From the NCBI GenBank assembly GCA_943841085.1, contig CALSWN010000028.1, positions 1 to 42,934 on the forward strand: a stretch of 42,934 bases of DNA, given 5' to 3'. A model generated the notes under the pieces. The model ran no database searches and had not been told where the DNA came from. It was given only the letters and a program-made list of their open reading frames with translations. The translations under genes were made by a program, and so were the position numbers. Source of the stretch: an uncultured Candidatus Pelagibacter sp. (GTDB lineage Bacteria > Pseudomonadota > Alphaproteobacteria > Pelagibacterales > Pelagibacteraceae). Shown piece by piece: positions 8,728-18,477 of the stretch. Every line of letters begins with the position of its first letter. Position 1 is the stretch's first letter.

Positions 8728-9873
8728 ATGGATGGACCTTTAAAAAACCTATTAGTTCTTGATTTAACTAGAGTTTTAGTTGGACCTTATTGTACCATGA
8801 TGCTCTCAGATTTGGGTGCAAGAGTAATTAAAGTTGAGGCACCAGAAGTTGGAGATGACTCTAGAAAATTTGGTCCCTTTATAGAAAATTACTCAGCTTA
8901 CTTTATGTCACTTAATAGAGGTAAAGAAAGTATTGCACTAAATTTAAAAAATACGGATGATAAAAAAATTTTTGAAAAAATTTTAGCTAAAGCAGATATT
9001 CTAGTTGAAAATTTTAAACCAGGTACATTAGAAAAATGGGGTTATGGCTGGAAAGATATTTGTAAAAAATATCCTAAATTAATTTATGCATCTGCTTCAG
9101 GATTTGGACAAACAGGACCTTTAAAAGAATTGCCTGCTTATGATATGGTTGTTCAAGGAATGGGTGGATTGATGAGTGTAACAGGTCAACCAAACTCAGA
9201 ACCAACTAGAGTTGGTACTTCGATTGGGGATATTACCGCAGGACTATTTACTACTATTGGAATTAATGCAGCTCTTTACGATAGAGAAAAAACTGGTAAA
9301 GGAATGTTCATTGATGTTTCAATGTTAGATTGCCAAATTGCAATTTTAGAAAATGCAATTGCAAGATATCTTTCGAAAAATGAAATACCAAAACCAATGG
9401 GTTCACGTCACCCGTCTATTGCTCCTTTTGAAGCTTTTAAAACTAAAGATAGCTACATAATTGTTGCAGCAGGTAATGACAAATTATTTGAAAAATTATG
9501 TAATGTTTTAAATGTTTCAGAAATTTATAAAGACTCAAAATTTAATACAAATCTATTAAGATCTCAAAATATGGATGAATTAAAAAAAATTTTAGAAGAT
9601 AAACTTTTGTTAAAAAATACCAGTGAATGGGTAAGTATAATGGAAAAAGAAAAGATTCCATGCGGCCCTATATTTAACATTAAAGAAGCAGTTGAAAATC
9701 CACAAGTTGAGTCTCGAAACATGATTGTTAAAGCGCACCATAAAGTTATCGGTGATTTTAAATTGGCAGGAAACCCAATAAAAATGTCAGCTTATAAAGA
9801 TGAAAAAACTAGGGGGGAGATCCCAGACTTGGATGAACATCGAAAAAAAATTTTAGAAGAATTTAATAATTAA
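8728..9873 (+). CDS. Class III CoA-transferase (CaiB/BaiF family)
   Basis: [46 protein letters not shown] and IGDITAG (catalytic Asp region). Confidence 0.93.
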   Translation: MDGPLKNLLVLDLTRVLVGPYCTMMLSDLGARVIKVEAPEVGDDSRKFGPFIENYSAYFMSLNRGKESIALNLKNTDDKKIFEKILAKADILVENFKPGTLEKWGYGWKDICKKYPKLIYASASGFGQTGPLKELPAYDMVVQGMGGLMSVTGQPNSEPTRVGTSIGDITAGLFTTIGINAALYDREKTGKGMFIDVSMLDCQIAILENAIARYLSKNEIPKPMGSRHPSIAPFEAFKTKDSYIIVAAGNDKLFEKLCNVLNVSEIYKDSKFNTNLLRSQNMDELKKILEDKLLLKNTSEWVSIMEKEKIPCGPIFNIKEAVENPQVESRNMIVKAHHKVIGDFKLAGNPIKMSAYKDEKTRGEIPDLDEHRKKILEEFNN

Positions 9874-10409
9874 TTATTAGACTCAGTATCCTCTAGAGTA
9901 GTGTTATCAGTTTCAGCCTCAGTTTCAGCTTCTGAAATTTGATCTAATGAAACTTCTGGTTCCTCAGATGCAACTTCTAACTCTGGATCAACATCTACTT
10001 CTGGTTCTGCTTTGGCTGTTAATTCTTCTAAATCCTCTTGAGATACTTGAATTTTTTCAGGAATTTTTCTTGCTCTTTTAGATGGCAAAATTGGAGTTCC
10101 ACTTTTTGAAATTTCACCTTTGTACATACTTTCAAAATCATCACCTACAACTTCATCGTCTTCAGAACCATCGTCAACTTGTTCAACATGTTTTCTTAGT
10201 TTGTGAATGGCACTTTCCTTAAGATCAAGAACTTTAATATTCTCTTCTGCAATTTCTCTTAATGATATGACTGTGTTTTTGTCATTATCTCTATCTAGTG
10301 TTGGTTCTACTCCTGAATTTAATTGGACAGCTCTTTCTTTAGCAACTAGTACTAATTCGTAAGGACTTTCAACTTTATCTATGCAATCTTCAACAGTTAC
10401 TCTAGCCAT
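9870..10409 (-). CDS. rpoZ: RNA polymerase omega subunit with a long acidic C-terminal tail
   Basis: MARVTVEDC...YELVLVA..RA and [11 protein letters not shown] motifs. Confidence 0.95.
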   Translation of the reverse strand: MARVTVEDCIDKVESPYELVLVAKERAVQLNSGVEPTLDRDNDKNTVISLREIAEENIKVLDLKESAIHKLRKHVEQVDDGSEDDEVVGDDFESMYKGEISKSGTPILPSKRARKIPEKIQVSQEDLEELTAKAEPEVDVDPELEVASEEPEVSLDQISEAETEAETDNTTLEDTESNN

Positions 10410-10444
10410 GCGCAGTGTCTACACACTGACATGCTGAAAATCAA
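10410..10444 (-). promoter_or_regulatory. Putative leaderless rpoZ promoter overlapped by an inverted repeat
   Basis: Minus strand TTGATT-17 nt-TAGACA-CTGCGC-ATG; inverted repeat CAGTGT-ctac-ACACTG at 10413-10428. Confidence 0.5.
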
Positions 10445-10452
10445 GGAGAATT

Positions 10453-11661
10453 TTATATATAATTTGGATTAAGTCTATTTCTTATGAAAAATAGTGAAAT
10501 AATAGCTACTAAGATATAAAAACCAGAGATCATTGCAATTTGCTCAATAGAATAACTATTATCTATCAAGATACCAAATAAAGCAGTTCCAAAAGCTGTT
10601 GATAAAACCATCAGCGCAGTGGTTAAGGCTTTAATTGATCCTATATGCTTTACTCCGTAAATTTCTGCCCAAGTAGAGGATCCTAAAACATTTGCAAAAC
10701 CATTAGATATTCCAATTAAACCAAGAAACACAAATGATGAAATTGGACTATTAAAATAAAAAAGTACAAAAGCGGATAATAGCAAAGGTATATTCATGTA
10801 AATTAACAATCTTCGACTACTAAACTTATCAATTAGAAAACCAGAAAAGAATAAAGTTGTAACTGATAAAATTGAATAAACCATAAATGATTGTGCAATA
10901 ACATAAGGTCCCCAACCCTTTGAGGATGCTATAAAAGATTGATAGACAAAAGTTCCTGTAGCAATCCATGGCATTGCCAACATATTTAAACAAACTATGT
11001 AAAATCTGTAATCTTTCAATACTTCTATTCGTTTCCATTGTTTAATTTCTTTTAATTTTTTTTCTTCATCTATTAAATTTTCTCTTGAATCTAAATTAAC
11101 ATTTTTAACTAAGTAAAATGAAATCAATGGTAATATTAAAATGACCAATATTGAAATTGATAACCAAATTATTCTCCATTCAATTATTGATAGCAAAAAA
11201 ACTATCAATAAAGGAAGAATAAATTCTGCCAAGGACAACCCTAACCAAGTTGTACTTAAAGCTCTACCTCTAGTTTTTTCAAAGTATCTTGAAATAGTAG
11301 TAGTTGCAGTATGTGACATTAAACCTTGTCCAGATAATCTCATTAAAAAAATTGAAAAAAATAAAAATACTATCGATGAAATTTTTGAAAATAAAAAACA
11401 GGAAATAGCTAACAAAATAATCACATAAGATGCAAACTTTAGGATATTCATATCATCTATTTTTTTACCAATCCAAACTAATATAAAGCTACTTAATAGT
11501 GTTGCAGACGCGTAAATTGATCCAAATTGTCCATGAGATATAGAAAGTGTTTCTCTTATACTTGAATTAAATAATCCAAGAAAAAAACTCTGTCCAAAAC
11601 TAGAAAAAAATGTAAAAATAAAACCAAATAAAATTATTTTAAGATTCAAACTTTTAAACAT
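10453..11661 (-). CDS. MFS transporter
   Basis: About 12 TM segments; GKKIDD and GFLIDKFSSR motif-A-like loops; RGRALS. Confidence 0.9.
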   Translation of the reverse strand: MFKSLNLKIILFGFIFTFFSSFGQSFFLGLFNSSIRETLSISHGQFGSIYASATLLSSFILVWIGKKIDDMNILKFASYVIILLAISCFLFSKISSIVFLFFSIFLMRLSGQGLMSHTATTTISRYFEKTRGRALSTTWLGLSLAEFILPLLIVFLLSIIEWRIIWLSISILVILILPLISFYLVKNVNLDSRENLIDEEKKLKEIKQWKRIEVLKDYRFYIVCLNMLAMPWIATGTFVYQSFIASSKGWGPYVIAQSFMVYSILSVTTLFFSGFLIDKFSSRRLLIYMNIPLLLSAFVLFYFNSPISSFVFLGLIGISNGFANVLGSSTWAEIYGVKHIGSIKALTTALMVLSTAFGTALFGILIDNSYSIEQIAMISGFYILVAIISLFFIRNRLNPNYI

Positions 11662-11675
11662 AGGAAATATTAATT

Positions 11676-12545
11676 ATGTCTTGTAATGTTGCTTTCATTG
11701 GTCTTGGTGTTATGGGTTATCCAATGGCTGGTTTTATATCAAAAGCTGGTCACAATGTAACTGTTTTTAATAGAACTTCATCAAAAGCTGATAAATGGAT
11801 AAAAGAATACAAAGGCTCTAAAGCAGATACTCCAGCAAAAGCCGCTGATGGTGCAGATTATATATTTACTTGTGTTGGAAATGATAATGATCTTAGAGAG
11901 GTAACTTTTGAAGATAATGGAATTTTTAAAACAATTAAAAAAGGTGCGGTATATATTGATAACACGACAGCCTCTGCAACTATTGCAAGAGAGATTAATG
12001 ATTACGCAAAAAAAAATGGTTTTGGTTCTTTGGATGCTCCTGTGTCGGGTGGTCAAGCTGGAGCAGAAAATGGTGCACTGACTGTGATGATAGGTGGTGA
12101 TCAAGCAGACTTTGATAAGGCTAAAGACAAAATAGATTGTTATAGTAAAAAAATGAAATTACTTGGTGGTCCAGGTAATGGTCAACTGGCAAAAATGGTT
12201 AATCAAATTTGTATTGCTGGATTGGTTCAAGGTTTATCAGAAGCAGTTAATTTTGGAATGAAAGCTGGATTAAATATGGAAGATGTAATTGAGGTAATCT
12301 CAAAAGGAGCTGCTCAATCTTGGCAAATGGAAAATAGATACAAAACAATGATTGAAGATAAATTTGATTTTGGTTTTGCTGTAGACTGGATGAGAAAAGA
12401 TCTTAAGATTGCTATGGATGAAGCTAAAAATAATGGCTCATTATTACCAGTGACTGAGCTAGTTGATAAATATTATAGTGAAGTACAAGAATTAGGTGGT
12501 AATCGTTGGGATACATCTAGCTTAATTAAAAGATTTAGAAAGTAG
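11676..12545 (+). CDS. NAD(P)-dependent beta-hydroxyacid dehydrogenase (3-hydroxyisobutyrate dehydrogenase / tartronate semialdehyde reductase family)
   Basis: FIGLGVMG.PMA, DAPVSGGQAGA, AKMVNQ and KDL motifs. Confidence 0.92.
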   Translation: MSCNVAFIGLGVMGYPMAGFISKAGHNVTVFNRTSSKADKWIKEYKGSKADTPAKAADGADYIFTCVGNDNDLREVTFEDNGIFKTIKKGAVYIDNTTASATIAREINDYAKKNGFGSLDAPVSGGQAGAENGALTVMIGGDQADFDKAKDKIDCYSKKMKLLGGPGNGQLAKMVNQICIAGLVQGLSEAVNFGMKAGLNMEDVIEVISKGAAQSWQMENRYKTMIEDKFDFGFAVDWMRKDLKIAMDEAKNNGSLLPVTELVDKYYSEVQELGGNRWDTSSLIKRFRK

Positions 12546-12551
12546 TATTGT

Positions 12552-13151
12552 ATGCAACCAGCATACTATGAAGATTTTAATGAAATAAAGAAGAAGATCT
12601 GGTTAATGCTAAATGACTCAGTAACCAATCGAAATTCACAATTTAGAATACCAACTTTTATCTGTGGTAACCAATCTGATTTTGATGGAAGAATTGTAGT
12701 ATTAAGAAAATCAGATCAGAAAAATAATATAGTTCAGTTTCATAGTGATATTAGATCAGACAAAATTGAAAAATTAAAAGATAACTCAAAAGCAGCAATG
12801 CTTTTTTATGATAAAGAAGAAAAAATTCAAGTAAGATTAAAGGTGATGTGCACAATTAATCATGACAACAACATTACTAAAGAGTCTTGGTTAAAAACAG
12901 GACACATGAGTAGAAAATGTTATCTAGTTAATAACGGTCCTGGAACAGAGTCTGATAAACCTACATCAGGTTTAAAACCTGAATTAGATAATTTTGGATT
13001 TACAATAGAACAAAGTGAAGTTGGATATAAAAATTTTACAGTTATTCAATGTGAAATTAAATCAATTGAATGGCTTTATCTTGCCGCTAAAGGACATAGA
13101 AGAGCTAAATTTGATTTAGAAACTAATAAAAATACCTGGTTGGTTCCATAA
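12552..13151 (+). CDS. Pyridoxamine 5'-phosphate oxidase-like FMN-binding split-barrel protein
   Basis: R.VVLR, FHSD.RS.K, Q.R, WLYL...GHRRA and WLVP motifs. Confidence 0.85.
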   Translation: MQPAYYEDFNEIKKKIWLMLNDSVTNRNSQFRIPTFICGNQSDFDGRIVVLRKSDQKNNIVQFHSDIRSDKIEKLKDNSKAAMLFYDKEEKIQVRLKVMCTINHDNNITKESWLKTGHMSRKCYLVNNGPGTESDKPTSGLKPELDNFGFTIEQSEVGYKNFTVIQCEIKSIEWLYLAAKGHRRAKFDLETNKNTWLVP

Positions 13152-13157
13152 ATTGAT

Positions 13158-13418
13158 ATGCTAGATTTTATAATAAAATACATTGGTTTTTTTGCTGCAT
13201 TTTGTACAACAATTTCTTTTTTACCGCAGGCAATTAAAGTTTATAAATCCAAAAGTACTAAAGACATTTCTTTATATATGTTTCTAATTTTTACAATTGG
13301 TACTTTTTGTTGGCTAGTTTATGGGTTAGTTATTTCATCAGTCCCCATCATGTTGGCTAACACTATAACATTAGTTTTAAGTTTTTTTATTCTAATTTAT
13401 AAGATCAAATACAAATAA
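13158..13418 (+). CDS. SemiSWEET / PQ-loop transporter
   Basis: 86 aa, three TM segments; TTISFLPQ.IK...SKSTKDISL.M and WL.YG...P...AN. Confidence 0.92.
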   Translation: MLDFIIKYIGFFAAFCTTISFLPQAIKVYKSKSTKDISLYMFLIFTIGTFCWLVYGLVISSVPIMLANTITLVLSFFILIYKIKYK

Positions 13419-13438
13419 AATTATTTATTTATAATTAA

Positions 13439-13951
13439 TTAAAATACAGTCTTGGAGTATTTTTTCCAATTTTCTTGATAATGAATAGCATTTTCAGTAA
13501 TTAATTTTTCTTCTTCACTTGATACCTGACGTACGATTTTACCAGGGGAGCCCATAACTAACGAATTATCAGGTATAACTTTATTTTCTGTTACAAGTGC
13601 ATTTGCACCAATAATACAATTTTTACCTATCTTAGCACCATTAAGAATAACAGCTCCAATACCAATTAAAGAATTATTACCAACTGTACATCCGTGTAAC
13701 ATCACAAGATGACCAATTGTTACATCTTTACCAATTTTTAAAGGATACCCAGGGTCAGTGTGTAATACACTTCCATCTTGAACGTTAGAACCTTCACCAA
13801 CATAAATATTTTCAACATCTCCTCTTAATGTGACATTAAACCAAATACTTGTGTTTTTTTCTAAATTTACATCTCCAATAATAGATGCATTAGGTGCAGA
13901 CCAATTATCTCCTGAATTTTTTACTTTTTTATCTTCCAAATTATAAAACAT
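13439..13951 (-). CDS. Gamma carbonic anhydrase-like protein (YrdA family)
   Basis: LRGD, SNVQDG.VLH, TIGH...LHGC and hexapeptide repeats. Confidence 0.92.
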   Translation of the reverse strand: MFYNLEDKKVKNSGDNWSAPNASIIGDVNLEKNTSIWFNVTLRGDVENIYVGEGSNVQDGSVLHTDPGYPLKIGKDVTIGHLVMLHGCTVGNNSLIGIGAVILNGAKIGKNCIIGANALVTENKVIPDNSLVMGSPGKIVRQVSSEEEKLITENAIHYQENWKKYSKTVF

Positions 13952-13971
13952 ATCTTATATATTATTATATC

Positions 13972-14526
13972 ATGCCAATTAAAACACCAATTTGTGATTT
14001 TGGTCAAGTAGCTAAAAACTTTGAATTAAAATCAACTAATAATGAAATTATTAAATTAGATAATGTAAAAGGTGAAAATGGTACACTAATAATGTTTATA
14101 TGTAATCATTGTCCTTATGTTAAAGCTGTAATTAAAGATATCGTTAATGACTGTAAAAATTTAGAAAAACTAGGTATTTCATCAATAGCAATATGTTCTA
14201 ATGATGCAGTTAATTATCCTGAAGACTCATTTGATAATATGGTAAAGTTTTCTAGAAATTATGAATTTAGTTTCCCCTATTTATCTGATGAAAATCAAGA
14301 AATAGCTAAAAGATACAATGCAGTATGTACGCCAGATTTTTTTGGTTACAATAAAAACTTAGAGTTACAATATAGAGGAAGAATTAGAGAATTAAAAGAT
14401 TTAAAACCAGTGAGATCTGGAGAAAGTGATTTATATAAAGCTATGAAACTAATTTCAGAAACAAGTAAAGGACCAAAAGAACAGATACCAAGTATGGGTT
14501 GTGGAATAAAATGGTTGAATAATTAA
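13972..14526 (+). CDS. Thioredoxin-fold / AhpC-TSA redoxin protein
   Basis: CNHCPYV, A.CTPDFF, YRGR and SMGCGIKW motifs. Start re-called to ATG 13972 because the ORF-track extension overlaps the divergent gene. Confidence 0.9.
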   Translation: MPIKTPICDFGQVAKNFELKSTNNEIIKLDNVKGENGTLIMFICNHCPYVKAVIKDIVNDCKNLEKLGISSIAICSNDAVNYPEDSFDNMVKFSRNYEFSFPYLSDENQEIAKRYNAVCTPDFFGYNKNLELQYRGRIRELKDLKPVRSGESDLYKAMKLISETSKGPKEQIPSMGCGIKWLNN

Positions 14527-15608
14527 TGCATTTAATAGTTACTAGATCTTTTCCGCCAGAACTTGGAGGCATGCAGAACTTAATGTGGGGTTTAACAAAT
14601 GAATTATCTAAACACTACATGTTGAAAGTTTTTGCTGATTATCACAAAAATCATAAAGATTTTGATGAAAAAATATCTTTTTCCATAGAAAGAGTTGGTG
14701 GTATTAAATTACTTAGAAAGCACAGAAAAGCTCAGTTAATCAATGAATATATAAAGAAAAATAAAGTTGAGAGCATAATAGCTGACCACTGGAAAAGTCT
14801 TGAGTTAATTAAAACTGACAAAAAAAAAATATGTTTAATACATTCTAAAGAAATAAATCATGAAAAAAGATCTAATCTCAACAAAAGAGTTTTAAAAGTA
14901 TTAAATAATGTAGATATAATTATTTCAAATTCTAGATTTACAAAAAAATTAGCTATTCAATGTGGTGTTGATGAACATAGAATTGTTGTAATCAATCCTG
15001 GAGTGGATCAGGTAAAAGAATTAAATAAAAAATCACTAGATAATGTCGAGAGTTTATTGAAACATAAGTATCCAAGGTTAATTACTATTTCTAGATATGA
15101 TAAACGAAAAAATCATGAAAAAGTTGTTATGGCAATTAGAAATTTAAAACAAATTTATCCTGATATTATCTACATCTGCATTGGACACGGTGATGAAGAA
15201 GAAAATATAAAAAAGCTTGTGGAAGAACTTGGTCTAAAAGAGCAAGTTATGTTTTTTAAAGATATTTCCAATGAGCTTAAAAATTCTCTTTTAGCTAAAT
15301 CTAATTTATTTGTGATGCCCTCTATAATTTATAAAAAGTCTGTTGAAGGTTTTGGCATTGCTTACATTGAAGCTGCACAATACGGAATACCCTCTATTGG
15401 TGGTATTGATGGTGGAGCTTCCGATGCAATTGAAAATGAAAAAACTGGATTAATATGTGATGGAAATAATTTAGATGCAGTTTATTCTGCAATTGATTCA
15501 ATGTTAAAAAATAAAAAATATTTAGAATATGGAAAAGTTGCTAAAGAAAATTCTATTAAATTCAAATGGGATAAGATAATAGAAGAGTATAAAAAATTAT
15601 TATCTTAG
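14526..15608 (+). CDS. GT4 glycosyltransferase
   Basis: FPPELGGMQ, SR...RKNH and EGFGIAYIEAA...P.IG...GG motifs. Confidence 0.92.
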   Translation: MHLIVTRSFPPELGGMQNLMWGLTNELSKHYMLKVFADYHKNHKDFDEKISFSIERVGGIKLLRKHRKAQLINEYIKKNKVESIIADHWKSLELIKTDKKKICLIHSKEINHEKRSNLNKRVLKVLNNVDIIISNSRFTKKLAIQCGVDEHRIVVINPGVDQVKELNKKSLDNVESLLKHKYPRLITISRYDKRKNHEKVVMAIRNLKQIYPDIIYICIGHGDEEENIKKLVEELGLKEQVMFFKDISNELKNSLLAKSNLFVMPSIIYKKSVEGFGIAYIEAAQYGIPSIGGIDGGASDAIENEKTGLICDGNNLDAVYSAIDSMLKNKKYLEYGKVAKENSIKFKWDKIIEEYKKLLS

Positions 15609-16541
15609 ACTTTTATCTAATTTTTCAAAAACTTTATCAGCGCTTAACTTAGTTAAATCATTAACCTGTATTGCTTTAAATTTTTCTCTTTCTATACTTA
15701 CTTTATGGGCAGTGGTATGTTTGCCAAATAAACTTAAACCTTTAACATCAAGGTGTGCTGCCATATGAGCTGGTCCTGTATCGTTTGCTACAACAAAAGA
15801 GCTATCTTTAATTAAAGAAGTTAATTGAAAAATATCTAATATCTTTTCATCATCCAATATTGAGATTGCATTAACATCTTTAGTGTCATTAATTTCTGAA
15901 GGACCGGGAGCAACAATAATCTTATATTTATCTTTATATTTATTTTTGATTAAATCGATTAATTCATTGTAGTAAGGCCATTTTTTAATATTCAAATGTG
16001 CAGAACAAAATGGAAAAAGAATAATATATTCATCTAAATTATAATTTTTTTTTATATTATCTATATTTATACCAGCCCAACTAAAATCAGGCTTCGTAGT
16101 ATTTAAGGTAGTTAGGCCAGATACTTTTAGTTGGTGATCAAACCTATCTAAAACAGGATTTTTATCAAATTCTTCTTTTGAAATATTTGTAGGTAAAGTT
16201 GTTTCAGAACTAGACCATTTATCAAGTTTTGCTTTTGGGTATAGAATATTCTTATAAAAAGTTGTTCTTGAAGAGTTTTGAAGGTCATAAATCTTTTTAA
16301 AATTAAAATTTTTTAAACTTCGAGTTAATTGATAAAGATAAATAAGATTAAATCTTGATAATCTTTTATCTAAAATAACGTTATGAATAAATGAGTTTTT
16401 TTTAAATAATTCAAAAAATGGCTTAGTGGTTAATAAATGTATCTGATCTTCTTTATGATTTTCAGAAATATCTTGAATTGCACCACATGCTTGGGCTATA
16501 TCTCCAAGTGAACCATGTTTGATAATTAAAATATTAGACAT
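15600..16541 (-). CDS. GT9 (LPS heptosyltransferase-like) glycosyltransferase
   Basis: ILIIK.GSLGD, DLQ, KKWP and NDTGPAHMAA motifs. Confidence 0.92.
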   Translation of the reverse strand: MSNILIIKHGSLGDIAQACGAIQDISENHKEDQIHLLTTKPFFELFKKNSFIHNVILDKRLSRFNLIYLYQLTRSLKNFNFKKIYDLQNSSRTTFYKNILYPKAKLDKWSSSETTLPTNISKEEFDKNPVLDRFDHQLKVSGLTTLNTTKPDFSWAGINIDNIKKNYNLDEYIILFPFCSAHLNIKKWPYYNELIDLIKNKYKDKYKIIVAPGPSEINDTKDVNAISILDDEKILDIFQLTSLIKDSSFVVANDTGPAHMAAHLDVKGLSLFGKHTTAHKVSIEREKFKAIQVNDLTKLSADKVFEKLDKSLR

Positions 16542-16573
16542 ATTATTAACAAGATAACATACTATAAATTTTT

Positions 16574-16963
16574 ATGAATAAAATTCTAGTTGAAGTTTCA
16601 GTGGGCGAACTTTTAGATAAAATCTCTATTTTGGAAATTAAAAAGGATAAGATCAAAGATAAAGAAAAACTAAAATTTATTAATTATGAACACAAAATTT
16701 TAAATGACCAATTAAATAAAAATGTTGGAACTAATAATAAACTGAATGATTTATTTCAATCGCTAAAAGAGATTAACGCAAGATTATGGATTATAGAAGA
16801 TGATAAAAGAATGTGTGAAAAAAACTCAACTTTTGATGAAAAATTTATAAAACTTTCAAGAGATGTACATTTTTTAAATGATGATAGAGCTAAATTAAAA
16901 TTACAAATCAATGAACTTACAGGCTCAGTAATTAAAGAAATTAAAGAATATCAAAGTTATTAA
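16574..16963 (+). CDS. DUF6165-like conserved hypothetical protein
   Basis: VSVGELLDKISILEIK, IN..LW.IED and ND.RA..K..IN motifs. Confidence 0.8.
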   Translation: MNKILVEVSVGELLDKISILEIKKDKIKDKEKLKFINYEHKILNDQLNKNVGTNNKLNDLFQSLKEINARLWIIEDDKRMCEKNSTFDEKFIKLSRDVHFLNDDRAKLKLQINELTGSVIKEIKEYQSY

Positions 16964-16969
16964 TCAAAC

Positions 16970-17797
16970 ATGAAAGAGAGTATTTATAATACAGATTCTA
17001 AATTTTCATATAAGAAAATTAATATAGAATTAAATAATTTTTTAAAGATTTACAACAACAGACCTATTAAAAACAATGTTGGCGGATGTCAGATTAATCA
17101 TGCTTTTGCTCTTTACTGTATCTTAAAAAAAATAAAACCAAAATTAGTTATTGAGTCTGGTGTGTATAAAGGACAAACTACATGGCTAATTGAAAAAACA
17201 CTTCCTAAAGCAAAACTAATTTGTATTGACATTGATTTGTCACAAAGAAAATATATTTCAAAAAAAGCACAATATTCTAATATCGATTTTAAGTTTCATG
17301 ATTTTTCAAAGATACCTGTTAATACACTAGTGTTTTTTGATGACCACATAAACCATTTGAATAGATTAAAAGAAGCAAATTTTTTTGGAATTAAGAATAT
17401 TATATTAGAAGATAACTACAATTATAAAAGTGGAGATTTTCAAACGATTAAGCAATTATTTGAAAATCATAAATTCATTCACAGTGAAAGTTATTTTAGC
17501 TATTTAAAAACGTTATTCATATTCTTAATAGTCATAATAAAAAAAAATATTTTAAATAAATATAATGCTTACGAAGATATTGACAAAATAAATAACAGAA
17601 TAAGAGATTATTCTTTTCATAAAGGTTATTCGAATAATATAAAAAAAAAAATTTCTGTTTATTTTGAATTTCCTCCTTTGATCAAATTAAAAATGAAAAC
17701 TAAGAAACCTTTATTTAAAAAAATTCATGTCAATTTAAATAAATTTTTAAATGAATTAAAATTCTATAATTATATAACTTTTATTAAGTTAAAATAA
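16970..17797 (+). CDS. Hypothetical protein with a class I SAM-methyltransferase-like core
   Basis: KPKLVIESGVYKG.TT, CIDID and FFDDH...EDNY motifs; one C-terminal hydrophobic segment. Confidence 0.6.
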   Translation: MKESIYNTDSKFSYKKINIELNNFLKIYNNRPIKNNVGGCQINHAFALYCILKKIKPKLVIESGVYKGQTTWLIEKTLPKAKLICIDIDLSQRKYISKKAQYSNIDFKFHDFSKIPVNTLVFFDDHINHLNRLKEANFFGIKNIILEDNYNYKSGDFQTIKQLFENHKFIHSESYFSYLKTLFIFLIVIIKKNILNKYNAYEDIDKINNRIRDYSFHKGYSNNIKKKISVYFEFPPLIKLKMKTKKPLFKKIHVNLNKFLNELKFYNYITFIKLK

Positions 17798-17805
17798 TCA
17801 TTTTG

Positions 17806-18477
17806 TTAAAAACTATATTTTTTTTCAAAAAATTTTATAATATTATGAATTACAAAAGTCATAAATAAATATATTCCACCTGCTACAATAAATACTTCTA
17901 TAGGTTTAAATGATGTGGATATAATATATTTCGCTACACCTGTTATATCCATCAATGTTACTGTGCTTGCTAAAGATGTTCCTTTCATCATCAATATAAT
18001 CTCATTTCCATATGCTGGTAATGATTGTCTAATTGCAATTGGAATCTGAATTTTATAGAAAATAATTTTACTTGAAACTCCTAAACTTTTTCCAGCTTCT
18101 ACAATTCCAGGTTTTATAGTTTGAAATGCAGATCTTAAAATTTCTGAAGTATATGCTCCTGTATTCAGTGCAAAAGCTATTATTGCACACCAGTAAGGTT
18201 CTTTAAAAACAACCCAAAGAAACGTTGATCTAAAATACTCTATTTGTCCTAAACCAAAGTAAATTAAAAAAATTTGAACCAAAAGTGGTGTTCCTCTAAA
18301 AATATATGAATATCCATATGCAAATTTATTAATAAGTGGATTTTTATTTAATCTTAAGATTGCAAATAAAAGACCAATAAATATTCCAAATAATAATGAA
18401 AGTGATAATAATTTTAAAGTTACTGCTGCAGCAATTAGTAGTTTTGGTAAACTTGTAACCATTAATGTAAAATCCAT
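17806..18477 (-). CDS. Polar amino-acid ABC permease (HisM/OccM-like)
   Basis: FRGTPLLVQ, AY.SEI.R, EAA-like loop and K.TSLAS motifs. Confidence 0.92.
   Translation of the reverse strand: MDFTLMVTSLPKLLIAAAVTLKLLSLSLLFGIFIGLLFAILRLNKNPLINKFAYGYSYIFRGTPLLVQIFLIYFGLGQIEYFRSTFLWVVFKEPYWCAIIAFALNTGAYTSEILRSAFQTIKPGIVEAGKSLGVSSKIIFYKIQIPIAIRQSLPAYGNEIILMMKGTSLASTVTLMDITGVAKYIISTSFKPIEVFIVAGGIYLFMTFVIHNIIKFFEKKYSF

Noticed and set aside
13894-13971. N-terminal extension of the redoxin ORF
   Set aside because: It overlaps the divergent gamma-CA gene and is low-complexity; ATG 13972 is a better start.
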